Below are positions 10,200 through 20,371 of a stretch of DNA of 64,000 bases, piece after piece. Numbering within the stretch: position 1 is the first letter of the stretch; each line of letters starts with the position of its first letter. The position numbers and the translations under genes are program-made. The DNA is from an uncultured bacterium. GTDB lineage: Bacteria > Cyanobacteriota > Cyanobacteriia > Leptolyngbyales > Leptolyngbyaceae. Below the pieces are notes generated by a model. The model did not search any database, had not been told where the DNA came from, and worked only from the letters and a program-made list of their open reading frames with translations. Location of the stretch: positions 60,906 through 124,905 of the forward strand of contig CAYYWG010000014.1 of assembly GCA_964475335.1 (NCBI GenBank). The letters run 5' to 3'.

Positions 10200-10758
10200 G
10201 AAGCAACGCCAAACGTTCTGCTGTATACCTGTAAAACCCTATCACGTCACGGTTTCATCTCAGTATGAAATCCCCCGCTCCTCAATGGCTGGGTTGGCAG
10301 CAACCGGGGGCAAAAGCTGTAGCTGATGGGAACTCAGATGGTCTAAATTTAGTCATCACTATCCAGAAGAACTGGCCAACCGTGTGTAGAACATGACATG
10401 ATGAGCCGAGAGTGGCGTGCCGCCGAAGTTCTCGATCGGTTCGTCCTAGCAAGGGCAATTTAACCTTAATCAAGTTTTAGTGATGATATCCATCACTTTT
10501 TACTGATTCACTCTTTACCGTTTTATTTTTAATGCTCTAAATGTGTATCGCTATTTATCGTGGTTCCAATCGTAGAGGCGTTAGCATAATCGTGATATGA
10601 ACACTTTGCTTGGTTGGAGGTACTGGCTCAATCGATGAAATTCTCCCTTAGCGGCTCACAGCCTTGGCACTGAAACTGCCCCATTAACCGCTTTACCTCA
10701 ATTTAAGCTTGCGCTCCTCGCCCACAGTAAAGCAATATCAACCTTCTCGCGTAAATGA

Positions 10759-12357
10759 ATGAACGTTTTACTTTTGTACCCTCTCTTTCCTAAAAGTTTT
10801 TGGTCATTTGAGAAAACTTTGGCCCTGCTCGATCGCAAAGCCATGTTGCCCCCATTGGGCCTGGTCACCGTGGCTGCAATTTTGCCCCAGGAATGGAATT
10901 TTAAGCTGGTCGATCGCAACGTTCGCTCAGTTACCGAAGCCGAATGGGAATGGGCCGATCTGGTCATTCTGTCGGCCATGATTGTGCAAAAGCAAGACTT
11001 ACTCGATCAAATCCGAGAAGCCAAACGCCGGGGCAAACGGGTTGCCGTTGGTGGCCCCTATCCCACGGCCCTGCCCGAAGAGGCTAAACTAGCTGGCGCT
11101 GATTATCTGATTTTGGATGAGGGCGAGATCACGTTGCCGCTGTTTATCGAGGCGATCGCCAATGGGGAGCAAACGGGCATCTTCCGGGCTAACGGCGAAA
11201 AACCCGATGTCACCGGCACTCCCATTCCCCGCTTTGACCTGTTGGAGTTTGATGCCTATTCCGAAATGTCTGTCCAGTTCTCGCGGGGCTGTCCCTTCCA
11301 GTGCGAGTTTTGTGACATTATCGTGCTCTATGGGCGCAAACCCCGCACTAAAACCCCCGCCCAAATCCTGGCTGAACTCGATCGCCTGTATGAATTGGGT
11401 TGGCGGCGCAGCATTTTCATGGTGGATGATAACTTCATCGGCAATAAGCGCAACGTTAAACTTTTTCTCAAAGAACTCCAACCGTGGATGGTGGAGCATC
11501 AATATCCCTTCTCCTTCGCGACTGAAGCGTCTGTTGATCTGGCCAAAGATCAGGAATTGATGGATATGATGGTGGCCTGCAATTTTGGGGCGGTCTTTTT
11601 GGGCATCGAAACCCCTGATGAAGAGAGTCTATCTCTGACGCAAAAATTCCAAAACACTCGCGACTCTCTCAGCGATGCGGTGCACGCGATTACGCGATCG
11701 GGTTTGCGGGTGATGGCGGGCTTCATCATTGGCTTTGATGGCGAAAAGAAAGGAGCTGGGCAACGCATTGCCAAATTTGTGGAGAAAACGGCGATTCCCA
11801 CAGCCCTCTTCAGTATGTTGCAAGCCTTGCCAGACACGGCGTTGTGGCATCGGCTCGAAAAAGAAGGTCGCCTCCGCAGTCAACTGTCTGATGGCAACCA
11901 AACGGCGTTGATGAACTTTGTGCCCACGCGCCCGCTGGAAGACATTGCCCGTGAATATGTGGAAGCCTTTTGGGAACTGTATGAACCTAAGCGATTTCTC
12001 GATCGCACCTATCGTCATTTCCGCATTTTGGGTGAGGCGACCTATCCGAAAAAAGGCAAGCGATCGGGCAAAAAGCTTGACTGGGTGACGGTTCGGGCCT
12101 TGCTGACGATCGCGTGGCGGCAAGGGGTTATGCGCGATACCCGCTTTCAGTTTTGGCGCAATTTATGGAATATGTATCGGTACAATCCCGGTGGTATCAG
12201 CAGTTACCTTTCGGTTTGTGCCCAGATTGAGCACTTTGTGGAGTACCGCCAGATTGTGCGCCGCGAGATTGAAACGCAACTGGCGGCATTTCTAGCAGAA
12301 GAAAACCGGATCCAACAAGAACAAGCTCAGTCGATCCCGGTGGACTCAGCCGCCTAA
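10759..12357 (+). CDS. B12-binding radical SAM protein with a DUF4070-type C-terminus
   Basis: N-terminal cobalamin-binding-like Rossmann segment (DLVILSAMIVQ...), then the radical SAM cluster motif FSRGCPFQCEFCDI (CxxxCxxC), then a long C-terminal extension. Confidence 0.8.
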   Translation: MNVLLLYPLFPKSFWSFEKTLALLDRKAMLPPLGLVTVAAILPQEWNFKLVDRNVRSVTEAEWEWADLVILSAMIVQKQDLLDQIREAKRRGKRVAVGGPYPTALPEEAKLAGADYLILDEGEITLPLFIEAIANGEQTGIFRANGEKPDVTGTPIPRFDLLEFDAYSEMSVQFSRGCPFQCEFCDIIVLYGRKPRTKTPAQILAELDRLYELGWRRSIFMVDDNFIGNKRNVKLFLKELQPWMVEHQYPFSFATEASVDLAKDQELMDMMVACNFGAVFLGIETPDEESLSLTQKFQNTRDSLSDAVHAITRSGLRVMAGFIIGFDGEKKGAGQRIAKFVEKTAIPTALFSMLQALPDTALWHRLEKEGRLRSQLSDGNQTALMNFVPTRPLEDIAREYVEAFWELYEPKRFLDRTYRHFRILGEATYPKKGKRSGKKLDWVTVRALLTIAWRQGVMRDTRFQFWRNLWNMYRYNPGGISSYLSVCAQIEHFVEYRQIVRREIETQLAAFLAEENRIQQEQAQSIPVDSAA

Positions 12358-12363
12358 CCGCTT

Positions 12364-12400
12364 CCCCTCGAAGGTTTCATTCACCCAAACCTCCGAGGGG
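12364..12400. terminator. Hairpin between convergent genes (possible bidirectional terminator)
   Basis: cccctcgaagg ... cctccgagggg forms 7 + 3 bp with one mismatch and a 15-nt loop. There is no clear U-tract on either strand. Confidence 0.3.
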
Positions 12401-12407
12401 GGCAGTC

Positions 12408-13370
12408 TTAACCCAGGATGGCCTTACGGGCGCGTTCCTGGCGATCGTCGGCTTCGGCCATGACGGTCGCCATTTGCTCTAGCATTTCACCGGGATAGTT
12501 TTCCAGCACTTTGGTCGAAAGCGAGATTCGGCCTTTGCCCTCGTCCATGTCAGCAATCATGACTTTGACGATTTGCCCCGGTTGAAAATACTTATCGAGG
12601 GATTCGATGTACTTTTGGCTGATCTGGTTAATGTGCAGCAGACCGCTAGCTCCATTCAAATCTACAAACACCCCAAAGGGCTTGAGGCCGCTGACTTTCC
12701 CTTCGACCAGTTGCCCAATTTCAAACTGACTGAAGGCAACGGCGCGGGTCGCTAAGCGATTGGACAAGACCAGTTTTTTCGTGTCCTGGTTTAGCTCAAT
12801 GATGGTGGCAGATAAGGTTGTCCCCACGAGGGATTCCAGCGCATCCCGCTCCAGTAGGTGCGATCGCGGAATAAAACCCCGTAACCCTTTAGCATCCACA
12901 GTCACGCCACCTTTGTTGGTGCCCGTGACGCGCACCGACAGACTTTGGCCACTGCCTTGAGTATCGGCTAATTCATCCCAGACTTTTTTCGCCTCTAACT
13001 GCCGCAACGACAGCGTGACCTGGCCATCGGCATCTTGTTCGCGAATGATCAAAAAGTCGTGTTCTTCATCCAGCGGGAGCGCCACCGACAAATCCCGAAT
13101 GCTCCGAATGCTGGCTTCTTGACCGGGGACAAAGGCCAGGGATTTTGCGCCGATATCGACATACACCCCATCTGAGTCGTAGCTCACGGCTTTTCCGCGA
13201 ACGACTTGGCCTTTTTGAAATTCATAGTCATATTTCTCCAGCGCTTTTTCAAAGTCATCCATTGAAAAAGATTCGCCAGCCGAAGAGGGGTGAGGAGATT
13301 TCGTTGCCATAAAAATGAACAGACTAATTTGCGCTCTCCTACTATAAGTCGGGGTAGGAGTTCTTTGCAT
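12408..13370 (-). CDS. 30S ribosomal protein S1-like protein (three S1 domains). The likely start is Met21 at 13310.
   Basis: Three S1 OB-fold units: GQVVRGKAVSYDSDGVYVDIGAKSLAFVP, SVRVTGTNKGGVTVDAKGLRGFIPRSHL and GQLVEGKVSGLKPFGVFVDLNGASGLLHINQIS. Confidence 0.85.
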   Translation of the reverse strand: MQRTPTPTYSRRAQISLFIFMATKSPHPSSAGESFSMDDFEKALEKYDYEFQKGQVVRGKAVSYDSDGVYVDIGAKSLAFVPGQEASIRSIRDLSVALPLDEEHDFLIIREQDADGQVTLSLRQLEAKKVWDELADTQGSGQSLSVRVTGTNKGGVTVDAKGLRGFIPRSHLLERDALESLVGTTLSATIIELNQDTKKLVLSNRLATRAVAFSQFEIGQLVEGKVSGLKPFGVFVDLNGASGLLHINQISQKYIESLDKYFQPGQIVKVMIADMDEGKGRISLSTKVLENYPGEMLEQMATVMAEADDRQERARKAILG

Positions 13371-13474
13371 CTTTTCTCACAATCCGCAATTTCACGTCGC
13401 TGGCGATCGCGCCGAACGTGAGCGGCACCCCCAACCCACACAACCAGATGCCGTTAGGAGTTGGGGGCTTGGGC

Positions 13475-16189
13475 TTAGGGCAGTTGGTCTAACCAGCCCT
13501 GCACGTCAATTTTGAGGATTTGACCGAGTTTCAGGAGCGATCGCAACTGGGCAATGCGCACATCCATTGCCGCCTCCACCGGAATAGCGATCGATTCGTT
13601 GGGGTGAATCCAGCGCAGGCAGTGGGGAATAACCCAGGTGGTTAAATGCTGGAAATACAGTTCTTGGGCCTGGGCCAGCGACAACCCAAAGTGCATTTCC
13701 GCCCCTAGATGAATCAACCGTTCAATCCGCGATACCTCCAAGTCGAGAGCCGCCGGAGTGAACTGGCACAATAGATGCCGCAGGGCTTGCAAGATAAGCC
13801 GCTCCACAGTGGGTTTGGCTTCGGGCACATCAATTTGGCAGCGCATGTGGCGGGCTTCGGTGGCGATCGCCTCCAATTCGGCCAAGTGGTCAAATCCGGC
13901 GCGATAGCCATTGGCGGTCAAGTCGCTACTGTCTTGTTCCAGCGATCGCAACGACAACATTACCCGATGGCTCAACGTGACAGCAGCAGCCACTTGCATC
14001 TCTTGGGGCACGGGCAAATTATCCCGCTGAAAGGCCATCAGCACCCCATAATTATCTCGGTAGACCTGGGTGTAGAGTTGGGCCAGTCGGTTCAGGGTGC
14101 CTTGGGTTAGCAACCGCATAATGCGATGGCGTTCTTCCGCAAACAAGCTTTGCAAGTTAAAGGATTGATCCCCAAACACTCGGTTCATCGCCAAAATCAC
14201 CTGGGCAGAACTGGCCTGTTTCAGGGCTTCGGCCAAAGATTCTTTCATTTCGCTGTAATCTCGCCGCCCGGAAAAGGGCTGGATACAGCAGTGGAAATCC
14301 CACCCGCCGAGATGCAACACAACAAACACCAAATCTGCCGTTTCCCGCGTGATCTCAGAAATTAGTTGCAATCGCCCGATCGCCAGAGTCATCGACCCCA
14401 TGTGGTGGAGTTGATAGTCAGACTGGTGTGCAGCGTAACAGTAAACCCGTTGCTCGCGGGCATGGGTAGTAAACAAGGAACTCATCGCGTAGTGAGCCGC
14501 CACTTGTTCAATAGAGACTTGGGCTGTGTTCACCAACTGGCGATAGACTTCGGCTCCATGCCCAAACAAATCCACATTGCTAGGGGCCGCTTCTAACTGT
14601 TTGACAAAGTCCTCTTCGAGGCGCACGCCTGTGACATCGCCAGCCAGTTCTAGGGCGCGAGAAGCATACCGCAAAATTTGCACCCCTTCCGGACGGGAGA
14701 GTTCTTCAAAAAACCAGCCGCAACTGGTATACATCAACAAGGTATGGCGCTGCATTTCTAGCAACCGCAGAGCATCCACCTGTTCGGCAGCGCTGAGGGG
14801 ATGGGTTTGGTGCTGGGCGAGAAATTGACTGACGTTCTCGGTGGAGCGATCGCGAATGACTTGAATATATTCGTCACGGGCTTGCCAGGGATCTTGCAAG
14901 AGTTTGCCCGCTTCAGTGGTGTAAATGGTGGCCAGGCGATCGCGCAGCCAATCCAACGCGGTACGTAGCGGTCTGCGCCACTGCTGATGCCACACATCCC
15001 CGCCACCACAGCCACAGTCGTCTTGCCAGCGATCGACCCCGTGACTACAACTCCAGGCCGTGACGGGCTTCAATTCCACTTCCCAGGTGGGCGGCGCGAT
15101 CGCCAAGTAGTGGGCAAAGTTAGTCACCGTCCAATTGTGGTTAGGAAATTCGTGGACAAAGGCATAGGCCAAACACTTTTCGGTACCGCCTTTGTGGTGG
15201 CCAAAGGTTTCGCCATCAGTAGCCACAGAAATTAACTGAGATGGACTCTGATCGCCCCGAATAGCCTGTCCAATCCGTCCGGCAAAGTGGTAAGCATTGC
15301 TTAAGGCGTGGTCATCAAACCCCATATCACGGGAAATTGGCCCGTCGTAAAAGAAGATGTCAATGTAAGCGCGATCGCCCGTCGCTGTGGTGCTTTGCGG
15401 CAAGTAACAGCGGTAGGGCTGGGTGGGGTTGATCTGGCTGCCACCAACTTCTTGCCACTGGGGATCGGGGTCTTGGGCAGTGGGCAAGGGCCGACACCGC
15501 TGGGCTTGGGATGGCGCGAGGACAATAAACCGGATATTTTCGGCCACTAAGGCTTCAAGGGTGGGATAGTCAACGGCAGTTTCGGCCAGCCACATACCTT
15601 CGGGTTCCCGGCCAAACCGTGAGCGAAAATCGGCTTTGCCCCAGCGAATTTGGGTAGCTTTATCCCGGGGGTTCGCCAGGGGCAAAATGATGTGGTTATA
15701 GGCTTGGGCGATCGCGTTGCCGTGGCCGTTTAACCGCTCACAACTGCGGCGATCGGCATCCAAAATCCGCTGATAGGTTTCGACATCATGCCGTTCGAGC
15801 CAACTGAGCAGCGTCGGCCCCATGTTGAAGCTGAGATACTCGTAATTGTTGACGATCCCCATCACTTCGTCGCGATCGTTCACAATACGGGCAAACGCAT
15901 TCGGACGATAGCACTCATTGTGAATCCGCTCATTCCAGTTATGAAAAGGGTGGGCGCTGGGTTGCCGCTCGATCGCATCCAGATAGGGATTTTCTCGCGG
16001 CGGTTGATAGAAATGGCCGTGCACAACCACATAAACTCCCAATGCTGTGTGCAGGGGATCCCGCGCGGGATCAAGGCTTGGCTGGGCCGGGGTTGGCATC
16101 CCTGGGAACTGGACTGGTAGCGCCTGGGCAAGAGTCTGGAGGTCTCCTGCATTGTCGAGCGAACCGTGGGTTTCAAAGCTAGAAGTCAT
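13475..16189 (-). CDS. Glycoside hydrolase family 57 protein with a long DUF3536-like C-terminal domain
   Basis: GH57 N-terminal motifs VVHGHFYQPPRENPY and ATDGETFGHHKGG. The 904-aa architecture is common in cyanobacteria. Confidence 0.8.
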   Translation of the reverse strand: MTSSFETHGSLDNAGDLQTLAQALPVQFPGMPTPAQPSLDPARDPLHTALGVYVVVHGHFYQPPRENPYLDAIERQPSAHPFHNWNERIHNECYRPNAFARIVNDRDEVMGIVNNYEYLSFNMGPTLLSWLERHDVETYQRILDADRRSCERLNGHGNAIAQAYNHIILPLANPRDKATQIRWGKADFRSRFGREPEGMWLAETAVDYPTLEALVAENIRFIVLAPSQAQRCRPLPTAQDPDPQWQEVGGSQINPTQPYRCYLPQSTTATGDRAYIDIFFYDGPISRDMGFDDHALSNAYHFAGRIGQAIRGDQSPSQLISVATDGETFGHHKGGTEKCLAYAFVHEFPNHNWTVTNFAHYLAIAPPTWEVELKPVTAWSCSHGVDRWQDDCGCGGGDVWHQQWRRPLRTALDWLRDRLATIYTTEAGKLLQDPWQARDEYIQVIRDRSTENVSQFLAQHQTHPLSAAEQVDALRLLEMQRHTLLMYTSCGWFFEELSRPEGVQILRYASRALELAGDVTGVRLEEDFVKQLEAAPSNVDLFGHGAEVYRQLVNTAQVSIEQVAAHYAMSSLFTTHAREQRVYCYAAHQSDYQLHHMGSMTLAIGRLQLISEITRETADLVFVVLHLGGWDFHCCIQPFSGRRDYSEMKESLAEALKQASSAQVILAMNRVFGDQSFNLQSLFAEERHRIMRLLTQGTLNRLAQLYTQVYRDNYGVLMAFQRDNLPVPQEMQVAAAVTLSHRVMLSLRSLEQDSSDLTANGYRAGFDHLAELEAIATEARHMRCQIDVPEAKPTVERLILQALRHLLCQFTPAALDLEVSRIERLIHLGAEMHFGLSLAQAQELYFQHLTTWVIPHCLRWIHPNESIAIPVEAAMDVRIAQLRSLLKLGQILKIDVQGWLDQLP

Positions 16190-16994
16190 GAATGTTCAAT
16201 ACCGAATAACAGCACACAAACCAAGCCACCCTGCACTCACAACCAACATTGGCATAGTCGGCATGGGTGGTGAAGGATGGATGAGACAACACAATTTCAA
16301 GAGTTAGCGATCACCGAAAGTTGCCCCCTAAATTTTTTGGGGTAGACATTGAAGTAACGAGAATCAAAATATGCCTAAAAATCTGTATTTCATCATGGAA
16401 AGTAGACAGTCTTACATCTCATCAAGAATTAAGTTAAAACTCTCAAATCAGCCACTTTCAACTCGATCGCGACAGGAAAACACATTCGAAGCAAGGACTA
16501 ATACCAAGAGTGTAGGAAACGTTGATACCTACAACTCCACACCGTGACAATCTCAACCTAGCAACAAAACCTTTATCGAAGAGCGCAAAAACAGAAAACT
16601 CGATTTAACTTGTCAATAAACTATGATATTTCTGTTGATTCAACGCTTGCCTAAGGGGGAATTAAGCCTCATGAAGGACTCAGATTTGCAACAAGCTAGC
16701 CTTAAGGCTAGCAACACGAGTACAGGATCAGCAGAGAGTTATTCAATCTTTTGCATAATTCACACCAGCGGTATATCCCAATACCATTGTTCATCTTACC
16801 TGATGGGTCTGAACAACTTTGAAGAAGACAACAACTCTTTGGAGAACGTAAAATAATTGCAACAGTTTGTATCACGATCGCAATCTTTGTTTGGGCAAAT
16901 TCTTGCTTTTGGATGATGATTTGAGGCGATCGCAAACGCTCAATTTGGCGAAAGTTGAATCAACATAGGACGAGCACGTATTCCCAAAAGATGG

Positions 16995-17019
16995 GCCTCA
17001 ACCACTTCTGGCTTGAGGC
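16995..17019 (-). terminator. Candidate intrinsic terminator of the 17076..17450 gene
   Basis: 7-bp stem gcctcaa/ttgaggc with an 11-nt loop. On the minus strand it is followed by CCATCTTTTGGG. It lies about 60 nt after the stop. Confidence 0.35.
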
Positions 17020-17075
17020 AAGGCAATCTAGACCGCGTTGAGGCAGTCACTAGGGACGTATCGAGCGATCAGGGA

Positions 17076-17450
17076 TTAGGAGGGCAGGTTTTGTTTGGCC
17101 TGCGCTTCAAACCAGGCAATCACTTGGGGCACGGTGAGAGTGGCGATATCAGTCTGGAGCGATCGCGCAGCTTGTTCCAGGGGCTTGGTGGCGGCAATGA
17201 CGAGTTTCGAGAAAAATTGACGAAATTCTCGATCACGGTCTCCTTGCAACGAGGAATCATTGTAAACCCAGGTTTCGATTTGAAGTGGGTCTAAGGCTTC
17301 GATGGTGGTGTTTTCTTGCTGGGCGATTTGTTTGAGCGATCGCAACGCATAAATCGCAACACGGGCCGTAAATTTGTCCCTGGCGGTGAGCAGGGCTTTA
17401 TCCACTTCGGCGCACTCTTCTGGAGTCAAGAATTCCGCTGGTGATGACAT
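17076..17450 (-). CDS. Hypothetical protein (124 aa counted from Met24 of the tracked ORF)
   Basis: Starting at the MSSPAEF... Met removes the overlap with the ilvA 3' end (ilvA stop at 17455). HIP1 sites lie inside. I recognise no family. Confidence 0.5.
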   Translation of the reverse strand: MSSPAEFLTPEECAEVDKALLTARDKFTARVAIYALRSLKQIAQQENTTIEALDPLQIETWVYNDSSLQGDRDREFRQFFSKLVIAATKPLEQAARSLQTDIATLTVPQVIAWFEAQAKQNLPS

Positions 17451-17454
17451 ACCC

Positions 17455-19002
17455 TTATCCGAGAAACAACTTGTAAGCCGGGTTTTGGCTTTCGTCCCAA
17501 TAGCGGTAACCCAGACCATCTAAAAAAGCTTGCCAATCTTGCATTTCGTGCGGCGGCACCTGCATCCCTACGACGATGCGGCCATAGTCTGCCCCATTGT
17601 TACGATAGTGGAAAAGACTGATATTCCAGTCGAGGCTCATGGAGGTAACAAACTGCATCAGGGCTCCCGGTCGTTCGGGAAACTCGAACCGATACAGCAG
17701 TTCATTGTGGGCCAGGGAAGACTTGCCACCAACCATGTGCCGCAGGTGTAATTTCGCGAGTTCATCATCGGTCAGATCCAAGACCTCAAACCGACAAGCC
17801 TGAAAATTTCGGACAATTTCGGCGGCTTCGGCCCGATTTTGAATTTGCACACCAACGAAAATGTGGGCATCTTGATTGTCCGCAATCCGATAGTTAAATT
17901 CGGTCAGGTTGCGGGTGCCCAAACACTGACAAAAATGTCGTAGACTCCCGCGTTCTTCCGGAATGGTGACAGCAAAAATAGCTTCGCGGCGTTCCCCCAG
18001 TTCGGCCCGTTCGGCCACAAACCGGAGGCGATCGAAGTTCATGTTAGCACCGCAGGCGATCGCAATCAGGGTTTGATCTTGAATGTGTTCCCGTTCGACG
18101 TAGGCTTTCGCAGCGGCGATCGCCAAGGCTCCAGCCGGCTCCAGAATCGATCGCGTATCTTCAAAGACATCTTTAATCGCTGCGCAGGTGGCATCTGTAT
18201 CCACCAGCATGATTTCATCGACATACTCTTGGCACAGCCGAAAGGTTTCTTCACCGACTTCGCGCACCGCCACACCATCAGCAAACAACCCCACCTGGGG
18301 TAACCGAATGCGGTGGCCAGCCTGCAAAGATTGGTGCATGGCATCGGCATCAACGGGTTCCACCCCAATGATTTTGATCTCTGGGCGAATCCGCTTGACA
18401 TAGGCTGCGATCCCCGAAATCAACCCGCCGCCCCCGATCGCCACAAAAATGGCGTGAATGGGTTGTTGGCACTGGCGCAAAATTTCCATGCCAATGGTGC
18501 CTTGGCCTGCAATCACATCGGGATCGTCAAAGGGATGGATGAAGGTCAAGCCTTTTTCGGCTTCGAGTTGTCGGGCATAGGCGTAGGCATCGTCATAGGT
18601 ATCCCCATGCAAAATAACTTCGCCCCCACGGGCCTTCACGGCGTTCACTTTCACTTGGGGCGTGGTGACGGGCATGACGATAATCGCGCGGCTCCCTAAC
18701 TTCCGTGCGCCCAAGGCAACTCCCTGGGCATGGTTTCCCGCAGAGGCGGCGATAACTCCCTGGGCCAACAAATCCGGTGGCAATTTGGCCATTTTGTTAT
18801 AAGCGCCCCGCAACTTAAACGAAAAAACTGACTGCATATCTTCCCGTTTCAGGAGCAGGCGGTTGCCCAGCCGTTTGGAGAGGTTGGGAGCGAGTTCCAG
18901 AGGGCTTTCTTGGGCCACATCGTAGACATGAGCAGTCAAAATTAATTGCAGGTAATCGCAAAGCATGGGTTTGTTGGCGGCAGAAGAGGAATAGAGGCCC
19001 AA
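17455..19002 (-). CDS. ilvA: Biosynthetic threonine ammonia-lyase (threonine deaminase) with a tandem C-terminal regulatory domain
   Basis: PLP-lysine motif SFKLRGAYNKM, glycine loop GGGGLISG and a ~170-aa ACT-like C-terminus. The start may be Met13 at 18966. Confidence 0.93.
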   Translation of the reverse strand: MGLYSSSAANKPMLCDYLQLILTAHVYDVAQESPLELAPNLSKRLGNRLLLKREDMQSVFSFKLRGAYNKMAKLPPDLLAQGVIAASAGNHAQGVALGARKLGSRAIIVMPVTTPQVKVNAVKARGGEVILHGDTYDDAYAYARQLEAEKGLTFIHPFDDPDVIAGQGTIGMEILRQCQQPIHAIFVAIGGGGLISGIAAYVKRIRPEIKIIGVEPVDADAMHQSLQAGHRIRLPQVGLFADGVAVREVGEETFRLCQEYVDEIMLVDTDATCAAIKDVFEDTRSILEPAGALAIAAAKAYVEREHIQDQTLIAIACGANMNFDRLRFVAERAELGERREAIFAVTIPEERGSLRHFCQCLGTRNLTEFNYRIADNQDAHIFVGVQIQNRAEAAEIVRNFQACRFEVLDLTDDELAKLHLRHMVGGKSSLAHNELLYRFEFPERPGALMQFVTSMSLDWNISLFHYRNNGADYGRIVVGMQVPPHEMQDWQAFLDGLGYRYWDESQNPAYKLFLG

Positions 19003-19111
19003 ATCTCAATTTTACGGCACGGGGCGGTTCGTCAGTTGATCTGGGCTGACGTCAGCGGGTAGGCCGGGGTCGTCAGGCAAATCCTGAAGTCCAGGGCATA
19101 CAAACCTGGCT

Positions 19112-19840
19112 TTAGGTGTGGGAGGCTACCCCCAGATACAGTTCACCGACTTTGGGATCATTCAGAAGATCCACGCCCCGCCCTTCAAAGCGATCGCGCC
19201 CTGATTCCAATACATAGCCGCGATCGGCCATTTCTAGGGCTGTCCGGGCATTTTGCTCGACCAGAACGATCGCCGTTCCGGTCTGGTTAATGGCTCGAAT
19301 TTGTTCAAAGACGCTGTTGACCAAAATAGGAGACAACGCCGCCGAGGGTTCATCCAAAAGCAACAGGCTCGGTTTCAGCATCAAAGCCCGCCCCATGGCC
19401 AGCATTTGCCGCTCTCCACCGGACAAAGTACCCGCCCGCTGTTTGCGGCGTTCGGCCAGTCTAGGGAAGCGGGTAAAAATTTCGTCTTTCAGGGCTTGTA
19501 AGGACTGGTTGAGGATAAACCCGCCCATTTCCAGGTTTTCTTCCACCGTGAGGGAGCGAAACACATTGGCAATTTGGGGAACGTAGCACATGCCCCGCTG
19601 CACAATTTGATCGGACTTTAGCCCCACAATGTTCTCGCCCTTGAAGATGATCTGGCCAGTATGAGGAGTGAGCAGGCCAAAGATGGTTTTGGCGAGGGTG
19701 GATTTGCCCGCACCATTGGGGCCAATGACGGCGACGAGTTCGCCAGGGTCGATCCGAAAGTTGACCCCCTGCAAAATGTCCAGGTCTTTGACATATCCGG
19801 CATGAACCGCTTGCACTTCAAGGATGGGAGAGTCAGACAT
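19112..19840 (-). CDS. ABC transporter ATP-binding protein, LivF/NatE-like (branched-chain/neutral amino acid type)
   Basis: Walker A GPNGAGKST, signature LSGGERQ, Walker B LLLLDEP and the LivF-like C-terminus DPKVGELYLG. Confidence 0.8.
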   Translation of the reverse strand: MSDSPILEVQAVHAGYVKDLDILQGVNFRIDPGELVAVIGPNGAGKSTLAKTIFGLLTPHTGQIIFKGENIVGLKSDQIVQRGMCYVPQIANVFRSLTVEENLEMGGFILNQSLQALKDEIFTRFPRLAERRKQRAGTLSGGERQMLAMGRALMLKPSLLLLDEPSAALSPILVNSVFEQIRAINQTGTAIVLVEQNARTALEMADRGYVLESGRDRFEGRGVDLLNDPKVGELYLGVASHT

Positions 19841-19950
19841 GGGGAAACGACACAGGTTGAAATCAACAGGATGGAAATGGTGGGCAGCCAGGGAATGGGC
19901 GCTGGGTGAGGTGAAGACCGCGATCGCGCCACGAGCATAGGTTTTGCCTG

Positions 19951-20178
19951 TTATTCAGGGGTTTTTTGCAGTTCGGGCCGCTCATCTGGGACGATCGCGC
20001 CTTCGACTGGGCAGACCTGGAGGCAAATCCCACAATCGATACAGGTTGAAAAATCAATCCAAAACCAGTCGGTACCTTTCATGTTTTTGCCAGGGCCGGG
20101 ATGAATACACGCAACAGGGCAGGCATCCACGCAATCGGCAATCCCTTCACAGGTTTCAGTCACAATGGTGTGTGGCAC
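19951..20178 (-). CDS. Small dicluster ferredoxin (7Fe-type pattern)
   Basis: 75 aa. The second motif is the canonical CIDCGICLQVCP. The first motif, CEGIADCVDACP, lacks the middle Cys, as in 3Fe-4S/4Fe-4S ferredoxins. Confidence 0.8.
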   Translation of the reverse strand: MPHTIVTETCEGIADCVDACPVACIHPGPGKNMKGTDWFWIDFSTCIDCGICLQVCPVEGAIVPDERPELQKTPE

Positions 20179-20371
20179 AGTCTACCCTCTCTCAATTCGG
20201 TGCTTGGTTTCTAAACTATTGGCGATGGATCGGCGATAGGTTGGCGATCGCTGAGGTCGCAGCAACAGCGAAAGCTCTGGGGGGAATGGCAGCGATCGCA
20301 GGTGCTTTCCTGCCTTACGCCCAGCCTCAGCCCAAATATTAAGCCATTTTTACGAACCTTCATCTAGCCTA

